Virus record (IMG/VR): IMGVR_UViG_3300017917_001342
Location: 310,001-374,000 of that record
Direction: 5' to 3' (one strand)
DNA length: 64,000 nt
Part shown: piece after piece, positions 25,399-33,708 of the stretch
Position numbering within the stretch: the first letter of the stretch is position 1
Layout of the letters: every line of letters starts with the position of its first letter
Notes under the pieces: generated by a model
Databases searched by the model: none
The model's input: the letters and a program-made list of their open reading frames with translations, nothing else
Told to the model about the DNA's origin: nothing
Position numbers and translations under genes: made by a program

Positions 25399-26166
25399 TT
25401 ACTTCCTTATAATATCATCTTCGACACAGTTTTCGCCAAACTGTATTTCTACCATTCTTAATTCTTCAGTACCTTCGTTGGCTAACTGATGCCAGTCGCC
25501 TGTGTGTATCCAAAGGTGTTCGTGTTCACTAAAGACACCAGCTAATTCTACATCGCTGCTGACATTCAGGGTATATACAGTTGCTTTACCGTGTGTAACG
25601 AACCAAAACTCAGACCGCTTGTCATGCTTTTGCATGCTTAGACGTTTACCCGGTTCTACCGTTAATTCTTTTAGTTTTACACTTTTACCGTCTTGATGTA
25701 GCACTCTGTAATACCCCCATTGCCTTTCTGTTTTGGCGTTTTTCCAATCTTCTAATAACCACGAGCTAGAGTTGGCTTTGTTATTACCTCCAACTGCCCA
25801 GACAAATTTTAAATCATCGTCGATCATAGACATCCGCATCTCTGGTGTGTTAGTGCTGCCTCTATCGCCGCCGTTTGCAAAAATTATAATGTCATCTGGA
25901 TATTGCATTCTAACTTTTTTAATAGCGTCACATGCAGATCCGTCACTATCATCGAATTCAATTACATCATCTACTACTTCCAAATTAGCAATTACACTTT
26001 TACGTTCTGGCATAGACATAAAAGGACGTTCTTTTTTTCTAGTAAGCCATGCATCTGAATTAAGCCCGACTATTAATTTATCACCTAGAGATTTTGCAGC
26101 AATTAGGTACGCGATGTGGCCGCTGTGTATCGGATCAAATCCGCCTGTACACAATACAATTTTCAT
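25399..26166 (-). CDS. cytidylyltransferase-like domain fused to a mannose-6-phosphate isomerase type II cupin
   Basis: TGGFDPIHSGH (HxGH), NSDAWL..KK, FANGGDR; C-term LSMQKHDKRSEFW...WHQL. Confidence 0.85.
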   Translation of the reverse strand: MKIVLCTGGFDPIHSGHIAYLIAAKSLGDKLIVGLNSDAWLTRKKERPFMSMPERKSVIANLEVVDDVIEFDDSDGSACDAIKKVRMQYPDDIIIFANGGDRGSTNTPEMRMSMIDDDLKFVWAVGGNNKANSSSWLLEDWKNAKTERQWGYYRVLHQDGKSVKLKELTVEPGKRLSMQKHDKRSEFWFVTHGKATVYTLNVSSDVELAGVFSEHEHLWIHTGDWHQLANEGTEELRMVEIQFGENCVEDDIIRK

Positions 26167-27185
26167 GATTTGAACATCCTTCTTTTGATATTGATTTGCA
26201 ATTTATTATGTGTTCTATTGTCTATTATAGTTTGCAACGTGAAAAGTTTACCGTATTTGCAAGATGCATCTGCGGCATCTTTAACATCATCTTCCCATTC
26301 TGGAAAACTAACTGCCCAGTTCTCTTCTAATGCAACATCTATGAGACCTTGATTTTTACGCTGCCTGTCTGGCAACACAATTATTTCTTTGTCTGTGCTT
26401 TTTAGCAATGATAATTGTTGTTTGTTCAATTTGCTACCTAAAGCAGCAACACCATCTATTGCAATAGCATCTAGTGGCCCTTCGACTAATATTACATATT
26501 TTCTATTTGTTTTATGAATTACATCGCTGTTAAACAAATAGCCAAGCTGGAGATCACTGTTATAATATCTAGGAGTATCAGTTGGCGGTTTGCCTGCATA
26601 GCGTGCGGTCCACCCTACAATTTTATTTTTGTAATAAAATGGAATAATAAATCGCTTGTTGAGATCCCATTTTTCGCTTGACGACCAATAATAATCCCAA
26701 CCATTGGCAATTGCCGAGCCACGCGATGCAAGATAGTTACAGCATTGAACAAACTCGTCTGTGACGTTGTCATCTTCCATAACAACTTGAAACGGCCTTG
26801 CATTTTCTGGCAATTTAACTTCTGTAAAATCTGTTATGATTTTTACATCGCTAGTAGTTACTGCTACATCAACACCATTTATTTTGTTATGCAATAATTC
26901 TAGCTTGACTCGTTTAACATCATCATCTGACACACCAAGCCATTTTAACAGATTATCAAATTTCTTGCTGATATTTTGATTGTCATAAACAGTTTTAAAA
27001 CCACAGTTATAACAATTATATGCAACATATCCGCCTTCAGCCATAAGAAGGTTGCCGCGCATTCTATTGTCTTGATTATGGCCGCGATGATGACAACAAG
27101 GTGCATTAAACATAACCCAGCCGCGTGGACTAGATTTACGTTTTTGTGGTAGATGTTCCGCTATCAACTGATGTACGAGTGCCAT
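26163..27185 (-). CDS. gp61: DNA primase (T4 gp61-like)
   Basis: Zn-binding C..H...CYNC; TOPRIM VEGPLDA...DRQ...KDAAD. Confidence 0.9.
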   Translation of the reverse strand: MALVHQLIAEHLPQKRKSSPRGWVMFNAPCCHHRGHNQDNRMRGNLLMAEGGYVAYNCYNCGFKTVYDNQNISKKFDNLLKWLGVSDDDVKRVKLELLHNKINGVDVAVTTSDVKIITDFTEVKLPENARPFQVVMEDDNVTDEFVQCCNYLASRGSAIANGWDYYWSSSEKWDLNKRFIIPFYYKNKIVGWTARYAGKPPTDTPRYYNSDLQLGYLFNSDVIHKTNRKYVILVEGPLDAIAIDGVAALGSKLNKQQLSLLKSTDKEIIVLPDRQRKNQGLIDVALEENWAVSFPEWEDDVKDAADASCKYGKLFTLQTIIDNRTHNKLQINIKRRMFKS

Positions 27186-27207
27186 CTACCATTATATGAT
27201 CTACAGG

Positions 27208-28083
27208 TTAATTTTTATAGAGTACTTTGTGGAAAACGCCATCATTTACTATCAGTGTACCAAGTGCTCTAACATTCAACGGATTTTGGTCACCTGCCCA
27301 AACAGGTATGAAACCAAATCGGACCCAATAGGCATTACATGTGAAATTGAACAGTGTCGGTCCAGGATTGGTATTGTTGCTATTGTCAAATATATAGAAC
27401 GGGTTGTTGTTTTGTCCTATTGGAATATAAAACCATTCTTGCGGAAGTGGTGAATCACTTTGTAAACTTGCTTGTATAAAGAAAGAACCAACCCATTTGG
27501 TTTGATATACTGCAACTGTGTGCATACCATTTGCACGTTGACTTTGTGCAGCACCAGCATATGCACCACTTATAAACATTATGTCGTTGGCATTGCCTAA
27601 CGGTGTTTCAGTAAACTGAGCTGCTAATATTTCTGTTGCAGGTGCTTCGGCTGATAATACACCGTCAAATAGTTGAAAACTACCTGTTGTTGTTTTGTTA
27701 ATATCAGTGTAGTATAGTTGCTCTATGCCATTAACATCAACGTATTTGACTACGTAATCATAATAGTTTGCTGGCCAATCTTGCAAATCATACGGAGTAA
27801 GAATTAAGCGTGCTTTACCCTCAACTGCAACTGTGACTTCAACTGGTTTTCTAAGAACGATCTGTCCGTTGTTTTGGTTTTGAATAACACATTCGATATC
27901 TAGACCAACTAAGTTAACCGGTCTACGTTCGTTATTTCTTATAACGAAATCTATTGTGTTAGTGACACCCTTGTAGCATTTAATGTCATACTGTATCATT
28001 GGCCAATTCACATATGCAGGATTAGCGTCCCAGGATACCAGCTGTACATATTCCTTGAAATTGAATAGGAAAACTGTTGGCAT
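27208..28083 (-). CDS. putative baseplate/structural protein (BppU-N-like)
   Basis: beta-rich NTIDFVIRNNERRPVNL. The in-frame start is probably MPTV at 28083, because the longer ORF start lies upstream of the promoter. Confidence 0.5.
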   Translation of the reverse strand: MPTVFLFNFKEYVQLVSWDANPAYVNWPMIQYDIKCYKGVTNTIDFVIRNNERRPVNLVGLDIECVIQNQNNGQIVLRKPVEVTVAVEGKARLILTPYDLQDWPANYYDYVVKYVDVNGIEQLYYTDINKTTTGSFQLFDGVLSAEAPATEILAAQFTETPLGNANDIMFISGAYAGAAQSQRANGMHTVAVYQTKWVGSFFIQASLQSDSPLPQEWFYIPIGQNNNPFYIFDNSNNTNPGPTLFNFTCNAYWVRFGFIPVWAGDQNPLNVRALGTLIVNDGVFHKVLYKN

Positions 28084-28113
28084 GGCATTCCATTTATCTA
28101 ATAAACTCCTATT

Positions 28114-28127
28114 GTATTTATAAATAC
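28114..28127. promoter_or_regulatory. palindromic bidirectional late promoter
   Basis: GTATTTATAAATAC is a perfect palindrome giving TATAAATA on both strands between divergent genes. Confidence 0.7.
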
Positions 28128-28149
28128 CTATCAACAGGACATAGCGAAC

Positions 28150-28521
28150 ATGACAGACACAAAAAAATTATTGCAGGAAAAGTTTCCATTCCTGACAATT
28201 GTTAGACATTTAAATCAAGATCACCTAGGCATTATACAAAATGCCGATCAATTATTTGTCAGCATTTATGTAATGGACAATACTTTTACCCCAGACATGA
28301 AAAGAGATTTCCTAGAATGTGGTGACACATGGTGGTGGGAAAGCAATAGACAAATACCAATCAACATGTTCGTCAAAACAAAATTTGCACAGTTTAAACC
28401 GTACCTTCGTGTATTTGCCAGTAAAGATACAGAAATTGTACAAGGTCCTATAGTTAATCTAAAAGACACAATGAACAAGCGAGTAAAGCGTAGAACTATT
28501 CAATTAGTGAGGACCAGCTGA
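28150..28521 (+). CDS. hypothetical protein
   Basis: 123 aa; WWWESNRQIPINMF motif; AGGA RBS. Confidence 0.7.
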   Translation: MTDTKKLLQEKFPFLTIVRHLNQDHLGIIQNADQLFVSIYVMDNTFTPDMKRDFLECGDTWWWESNRQIPINMFVKTKFAQFKPYLRVFASKDTEIVQGPIVNLKDTMNKRVKRRTIQLVRTS

Positions 28522-28847
28522 TGAACAGTAACGATCTTGCAGAACTTAGAGAATACACCCTTGCTATTAACAACATGTTAAAAATGAAAGACTTCGGTGC
28601 CATATTATGGATAGTTGATAATATGCCAAGGACATTTGCACACCACTTTAAACCAATGTTAGAAGATAACAAAGCTGCAATTATCAAACATATTCTTGAA
28701 AAGATTAATCGTTACGGGTTAGATGACAATCTCGTAACAGGTGCAGTTAATGCATTAGATACTGCAAGAATCGAATGGCCAGAATTAACTGCTATCAAAA
28801 AAAGCATGGCAGCAGAAGGCTATAAACGTTTAGGTATAGATTTTTAA
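28521..28847 (+). CDS. hypothetical protein
   Basis: 108 aa, coupled to the upstream gene. Confidence 0.6.
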   Translation: MNSNDLAELREYTLAINNMLKMKDFGAILWIVDNMPRTFAHHFKPMLEDNKAAIIKHILEKINRYGLDDNLVTGAVNALDTARIEWPELTAIKKSMAAEGYKRLGIDF

Positions 28848-28866
28848 AGGGCCCGTAGGCCCTTTA
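28845..28866. terminator. bidirectional terminator between convergent genes
   Basis: TAAAGGGCC-CGTA-GGCCCTTTA. Confidence 0.75.
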
Positions 28867-28867
28867 A

Positions 28868-29338
28868 TTAATCACGCAGTCCTGTCACGTCAAGGGTAAC
28901 GGTAATAGTACCGTCATCGTTGACTTTGAGAACTTCTTGTTTAGGTTTGCCACGCTCAGCAGCATCTTCAGCTTCTTTTTCGTTGCTCCATTTTTCAAAT
29001 AGGCTGTGCCTATATGCAAACATTGTAGCTTCGCTGCGATCAAAAATACGTGCAAATGCTGTAAATTCAACTGCATCATCTTCTTTGTCTTCAGCTTCAA
29101 CCCAAACATTATAGGGTTCGGTAAACTGTTCCATAGTGTCCCAAATCTCTACAAGACGTGCTGGATCAAGCTTTGGACTGCGGAACAAATAACCTTCGCT
29201 AAGATCAGGTGACAATTGTGCAATTGGATCATACGACAAGTCGTGTCCTACGATCATTTGATTGTTTTTGTATTTGAGTTTAATATCGCGACCAAACATG
29301 TCGCCAGTGCAAATAAGTTTACATTTGGTGCGAGTCAT
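28868..29338 (-). CDS. hypothetical protein
   Basis: 156-aa ORF coupled to the DnaE-like gene. Confidence 0.65.
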   Translation of the reverse strand: MTRTKCKLICTGDMFGRDIKLKYKNNQMIVGHDLSYDPIAQLSPDLSEGYLFRSPKLDPARLVEIWDTMEQFTEPYNVWVEAEDKEDDAVEFTAFARIFDRSEATMFAYRHSLFEKWSNEKEAEDAAERGKPKQEVLKVNDDGTITVTLDVTGLRD

Positions 29339-29970
29339 ACCGACACTCCTTGTTGATGTGTACCTACTATAGCAGATTTAACAGATTGGTCAAGTAGCAA
29401 ATTTGCATGAACATACACTAGCATAGCATAACTCACAGCATGTGCTTTTTTGAACTCGTAACCTGCGTCACCTTTTGCCCAAATCTCATTGCGAATGCTG
29501 TCAAATCCATAGCGTTCACACTGTCCTTGCAAATGACGTTTACCAGGTCGTATCAATGCTAATATCATTGCCAAATGTTCTATGCTGGTGGGTTTAAGTC
29601 TAGCTGTTAGATCTCCGTAGTTTCCCAAGTGAAACAGCTTAGATACAAACACTGGATTACGAAATACTGCCCAATCAATTGGTTTGTGCATTAGTTCGAG
29701 CAGATGTGCTTCGTTTCGTACCTGTTCATACACACCAACGTTTAGAAAATCGATCTTGAAGAATCCTCGTTCTTCAGCAGATTCGTAATCTATACTGCAC
29801 AACCCACTGATCGGATCCTGTGGCACATCATGAAAATAAACACCTGTATTGTGTTTGGTAATTTTGCCATCTTTGATGATACTTGCAGGGACATAGTTTA
29901 GTTCTGCTAGTGCTGCATCTCTGTTGGCAAAATCTATATCAATGTCACCACGCCGATGAATTCTGTTCAT
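29335..29970 (-). CDS. minimal DNA polymerase III alpha (DnaE, family C)-like catalytic core
   Basis: GDIDIDF, FFKIDFL, LALIRPG and GYEFKKAHAVSY match DnaE DFDVDF, VKFDFL, ALYRPG and GYGFNKSHSAAY. Confidence 0.8.
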   Translation of the reverse strand: MNRIHRRGDIDIDFANRDAALAELNYVPASIIKDGKITKHNTGVYFHDVPQDPISGLCSIDYESAEERGFFKIDFLNVGVYEQVRNEAHLLELMHKPIDWAVFRNPVFVSKLFHLGNYGDLTARLKPTSIEHLAMILALIRPGKRHLQGQCERYGFDSIRNEIWAKGDAGYEFKKAHAVSYAMLVYVHANLLLDQSVKSAIVGTHQQGVSV

Positions 29971-30275
29971 TATGACGCCTTGTCAATTTTATTGTTTAAG
30001 GTTGTCCTAAGTTTTTCTATATCTCTAACTCTATTTCTATAGTTGTCGTCTAACCGTGCAATTGCATTTTGCATATTTGCCATCATGCGTTCAGTATTAC
30101 GCAAACGCTGTTCTAACATATTCACATAGTCCGGATCTATAATTTTAATACTTTGACCGTCTATGACAATTTCTGTATGTGCAGGCTTTGAAATTAAAGA
30201 TATTTTTTGTTGATTAGAGTCAGATTTATATTCATCGTCGTTGTCAGCACCGTACATGTCTATCATGTCGTCCAT
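29970..30275 (-). CDS. hypothetical coiled-coil protein
   Basis: Heptad-like C-terminal half. Confidence 0.6.
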   Translation of the reverse strand: MDDMIDMYGADNDDEYKSDSNQQKISLISKPAHTEIVIDGQSIKIIDPDYVNMLEQRLRNTERMMANMQNAIARLDDNYRNRVRDIEKLRTTLNNKIDKAS

Positions 30276-30985
30276 TACATACCTGCCTTTTTTAAAGTGT
30301 CTTTGACAAAATTAGCACTTTCTTTATCATTTTTGAATTTCAATGACCATTGTGCCACTGGTGCTGCTGTCATAATTATGCCAACCTGTTCTGGTGTACA
30401 GCGTGTTAGCATGTCTGCTGCACTGTCTGCATTATACAGTACCCACGGTGATATACGACCCATTTTAACCCAATTTGCAATTTGGTTGGTGTTGACTTCT
30501 CTGAAGAAGTCGTTCCAGGGTTTATCGTGTTGTTGTCCCCATTCACGCATTAAAATGATTGCACGTTCCAATGCTTGTTCGGGTGGTTCTGTTCGTATAA
30601 GTTCTTTGATGTATTGTTCGAACACAATATCATGTGTCCAATTGTCAATTGGTAAATTGTTTTTAATCACATAATCTATGAACTTAGTTGGTTCAGGTAC
30701 TGCAAGATCTAGTATATGTCTTGAAAATTTACTAAATGCAAGATAATACCTGCTATCTATAAATTCTCTATAGGTTTTCTTTTCGCCTTGTTTTTTGAGT
30801 CTTGAATTTAATTCATAAAATCTGCTCCAACCTAGAAATGCAATTCTGCCTTGAGGCTGATCTTTTTGAAACCACCGACGTTTCTTCTCACAGATATGAT
30901 TAATTAATCGCATTTCATCTGTGAACTGACGTTCACAAAATTCGCACTTATACTGCCGTGGTTTTGTTGTAGAACTTTTTGGCAT
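30275..30985 (-). CDS. hypothetical protein with an N-terminal C2H2-like zinc finger
   Basis: YKCEFCERQF...LINHIC; start probably MPKSS at 30985. Confidence 0.7.
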   Translation of the reverse strand: MPKSSTTKPRQYKCEFCERQFTDEMRLINHICEKKRRWFQKDQPQGRIAFLGWSRFYELNSRLKKQGEKKTYREFIDSRYYLAFSKFSRHILDLAVPEPTKFIDYVIKNNLPIDNWTHDIVFEQYIKELIRTEPPEQALERAIILMREWGQQHDKPWNDFFREVNTNQIANWVKMGRISPWVLYNADSAADMLTRCTPEQVGIIMTAAPVAQWSLKFKNDKESANFVKDTLKKAGM

Positions 30986-31472
30986 CTTCGACAAGCTCTT
31001 TGATTTCTGCTTTACTAAGTCCTGCATCTTCGCCTAATTTCTGTAATGTGTCTTTATTGTGTTGACTTTTTAATATGTTTAACTCTGTTTCATTGATAGT
31101 AGGATACAGTCCTATTAAAAAATCATCAATTACTTTAGACGATGTAGTTTTACTAGATGCTCCAATGTAAGGCCTATATTGCGTTTTACCAGTACCAGTT
31201 AAACACAGTAACATATGCAGCAGTTCAGGATGTTTACCTAGCTGAAACAGTAATTTGTTAACAATTTCATTGGTTATCATGACTGCATACGCAGCCGATT
31301 CATTTTGAGGACCAAGGCTGCTCATGCAACGCATTAAAACCAATGGTACATATAGTTTTTTATCGTCATCACTTAGACGATTGTAATAGTCTAAATCTTT
31401 TCGATCTATAGCAGGTAATACCACCTTTAGATCTAGTCGTTTCTTTGTTGATGTTGTTGCTTTTGTCATCAC
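30948..31472 (-). CDS. putative clamp-loader small subunit (T4 gp62-like)
   Basis: AID.K...Y.P.V..R.MS pattern, size and replication-gene context. Confidence 0.5.
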   Translation of the reverse strand: MMTKATTSTKKRLDLKVVLPAIDRKDLDYYNRLSDDDKKLYVPLVLMRCMSSLGPQNESAAYAVMITNEIVNKLLFQLGKHPELLHMLLCLTGTGKTQYRPYIGASSKTTSSKVIDDFLIGLYPTINETELNILKSQHNKDTLQKLGEDAGLSKAEIKELVEDAKKFYNKTTAV

Positions 31473-31474
31473 AC

Positions 31475-31503
31475 ATTGTACCTTAAACAGATTAATTCTT
31501 CAA
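31475..31503 (-). promoter_or_regulatory. sigma70-like promoter of the gp62-like/DnaE-like operon
   Basis: TTGAAG-N17-TACAAT. Confidence 0.55.
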
Positions 31504-31531
31504 GTGTTAGTTTTGACCCAATAATTAGTGT

Positions 31532-31900
31532 ATGGGAAGACCGCTTACATCTAAATGGATAGGTTATAAAAATGATCAGTCTCCTGTGCTGTATCCGTTG
31601 GTTAGGATAAACGGCGAAATATCTCGCGGCTATATATTGAAACAAACTGGTGCAGACAAATTCCTAGTAGAATCTGCTGTGTCTAGTATAAAAAGCATTT
31701 GTAAATTAGTAAACACTGATCAATTACACATGGATGGTCAGATGTGTTTGAGATTTACTGGTAAATCCGCAGGGTTTGTAAAAAATCTTAATGATTATAG
31801 ACTTAGAGATTTTCACGGAAATAGCCACAATTGGAGCATTTTCAATATAACAGATTTTGAAGTGTATGTGTACGACAATAGTAACCATACTGATAAATAG
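31532..31900 (+). CDS. hypothetical protein, MGRPL-family short paralog
   Basis: Shares MGRPL...I.KQ and C-terminal N/T-F.G...W features with the next gene. Confidence 0.65.
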   Translation: MGRPLTSKWIGYKNDQSPVLYPLVRINGEISRGYILKQTGADKFLVESAVSSIKSICKLVNTDQLHMDGQMCLRFTGKSAGFVKNLNDYRLRDFHGNSHNWSIFNITDFEVYVYDNSNHTDK

Positions 31901-31971
31901 ATTACACAACAGCTAATGATTATGCGGTTACCCGCCGCGTAGCCTTAGAACGGCAAATTAAGGAGTAAACA

Positions 31972-33081
31972 ATGGGACGCCCGCTTAAAAAGCAATATTT
32001 TGGCAACGTCACAGCTAACGGCCAAACAATAGTTGGCAACGCCTGGGTAGCAGGCGACACTGTGGCACGACCATGCTGGATTTACAAACAGCTTTCTACA
32101 GATAGTTTCTACTGGTTCTCAGTTGACGGCACAGGTCCGGCATCTGGTGGCCAAGCATACCTTGTCAATGGTGCAATCACTGGCCCAGGACAGGCAAATA
32201 TCACACTTTATCCATATGGCGCACAAGGTGGCGGTGCAACAGGTATTGCAAACCTAGGCGTAAACGGTGGTACTGTGATTGTAAGTGGTACTGGCACTGT
32301 TGATGCAGATTATGGTGTAGGTAACGTACTGAGTGTATCTGGTGGTACATATACTGGTAACCAACAAGCCAACGTAACAGTTGCATCTGTAAAGGTACGC
32401 ACTGTTGCAGCAGCAGTAGGTGGTTCAAACTACACAGTAGGTGACACATTCACATTTAGCACTGCTGGCTTTAGCACCAATGCTGTACTAACTGTTACAG
32501 CAGCAGACGGTACAGGTGCAGTAACTGGTGTATCTATTACCAATGCAGGTGTATACACTGGCGCAACACTACCAGCTGATCCAGTATCTCCAACATCAAC
32601 AACTAAAACAAACGTATCAGCAAGTGGTGCAACTTTCAACATAGGTTGGGGTATCAACACTCTAACAGTTGCAAATGCAGGCGACTATCGTGTGTTACCA
32701 GCTAACCCTGTGTCTCTAACAGGTGGTGGCGGTGGTGCAACAGCTAACCTTACATATCAAGTAAGCAGTGTACAAGTTACTAACGGCGGTTCGGGCTTCG
32801 ATTCAGGCTTAGAAGCTGGCGTAACATTTACACCTGCAAATGGTGCGGTTGCTGTAGGTAGTGTTAACACTGCTGGTTCTGTTACAAGTGTTAGTGTAAC
32901 TACTGCTGGTTCAGGATTTACTGCGATTCCAACAGTGGCTATTGCTCCACTTGATACACCAAGTTCAGCAGCTAAGATATTCGATGGCACTGTAACTAAC
33001 TTTGCTGGTCAGAATTACAAGTGGCTAACACAGGGTAATACACTACCTGATCCAACTTGGGCACACCTAAATACTGAATAA
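31972..33081 (+). CDS. virion structural protein, MGRPL-family with inserted G/T/A beta repeats
   Basis: AAGGAG RBS, GATAAATA promoter (~31892-31899), GGSGF/AGSGF..IPTV repeats. Confidence 0.75.
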   Translation: MGRPLKKQYFGNVTANGQTIVGNAWVAGDTVARPCWIYKQLSTDSFYWFSVDGTGPASGGQAYLVNGAITGPGQANITLYPYGAQGGGATGIANLGVNGGTVIVSGTGTVDADYGVGNVLSVSGGTYTGNQQANVTVASVKVRTVAAAVGGSNYTVGDTFTFSTAGFSTNAVLTVTAADGTGAVTGVSITNAGVYTGATLPADPVSPTSTTKTNVSASGATFNIGWGINTLTVANAGDYRVLPANPVSLTGGGGGATANLTYQVSSVQVTNGGSGFDSGLEAGVTFTPANGAVAVGSVNTAGSVTSVSVTTAGSGFTAIPTVAIAPLDTPSSAAKIFDGTVTNFAGQNYKWLTQGNTLPDPTWAHLNTE

Positions 33082-33110
33082 TTATTGTCCGCGGTAGCAG
33101 GCAGACTCGA

Positions 33111-33153
33111 GCAAAACCCTTAGAAAGCCGGAGCGATCTAAGGGTTTTGTTTT
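33111..33153 (+). terminator. terminator hairpin
   Basis: CAAAACCCTTAG...CTAAGGGTTTTG followed by a T-run. Confidence 0.7.
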
Positions 33154-33163
33154 GACTAAATTT

Positions 33164-33700
33164 TTAAACTAATTTGCGTATATCAAGACTCTCTGGTATT
33201 TTACCAATGTCTTTGAGAAAATACGCACACAACGGCTGATCACCATCACTGAGTGGCACAGCTAATAGCTGTCCATTTTTTAATTTAGGAAAATACCAGT
33301 TAACATCTGGCCATAGATTTAACACTTCTAATTTTAAAAAGTGTGGCATATAACCATTGATAGGGTTATAGCAAAACACATCGAAATCTTTATCGTTAAG
33401 GTATATCAAAGGCATTATTTCTATTTCGCCGCTGTTCTTATCTCCAATTACAACACTCCAATCCAATGGCATTTGGATATTCAAGTTGCCAATTTTTAGA
33501 TCAACACAGGGACTATTAAAACTCTCAAGAAAAATAAGAGGTATGAAATAATAGTCAACATTTGCTTGGTCAGAATAATCAAGAACGCCGAATCGTACAT
33601 CTCCGGCGTTGTCTGGTATTTGATTTAAATTAAATGTTTTGTTGTAGTTTGTAAGTATTTTCATGTGCAAATTACTTAGTAGTAAAATGCACATGAACAA
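33164..33700 (-). CDS. hypothetical protein
   Basis: 178-aa ORF downstream of uvsW; beta-rich. Confidence 0.7.
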   Translation of the reverse strand: MFMCILLLSNLHMKILTNYNKTFNLNQIPDNAGDVRFGVLDYSDQANVDYYFIPLIFLESFNSPCVDLKIGNLNIQMPLDWSVVIGDKNSGEIEIMPLIYLNDKDFDVFCYNPINGYMPHFLKLEVLNLWPDVNWYFPKLKNGQLLAVPLSDGDQPLCAYFLKDIGKIPESLDIRKLV

Positions 33701-33708
33701 AATAATTA

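Noticed and set aside
28020-28093. Short out-of-frame ORF behind the AGGAG RBS overlapping the start of the BppU-like gene
   Set aside because: It is only 23 codons with no other support and is probably incidental.
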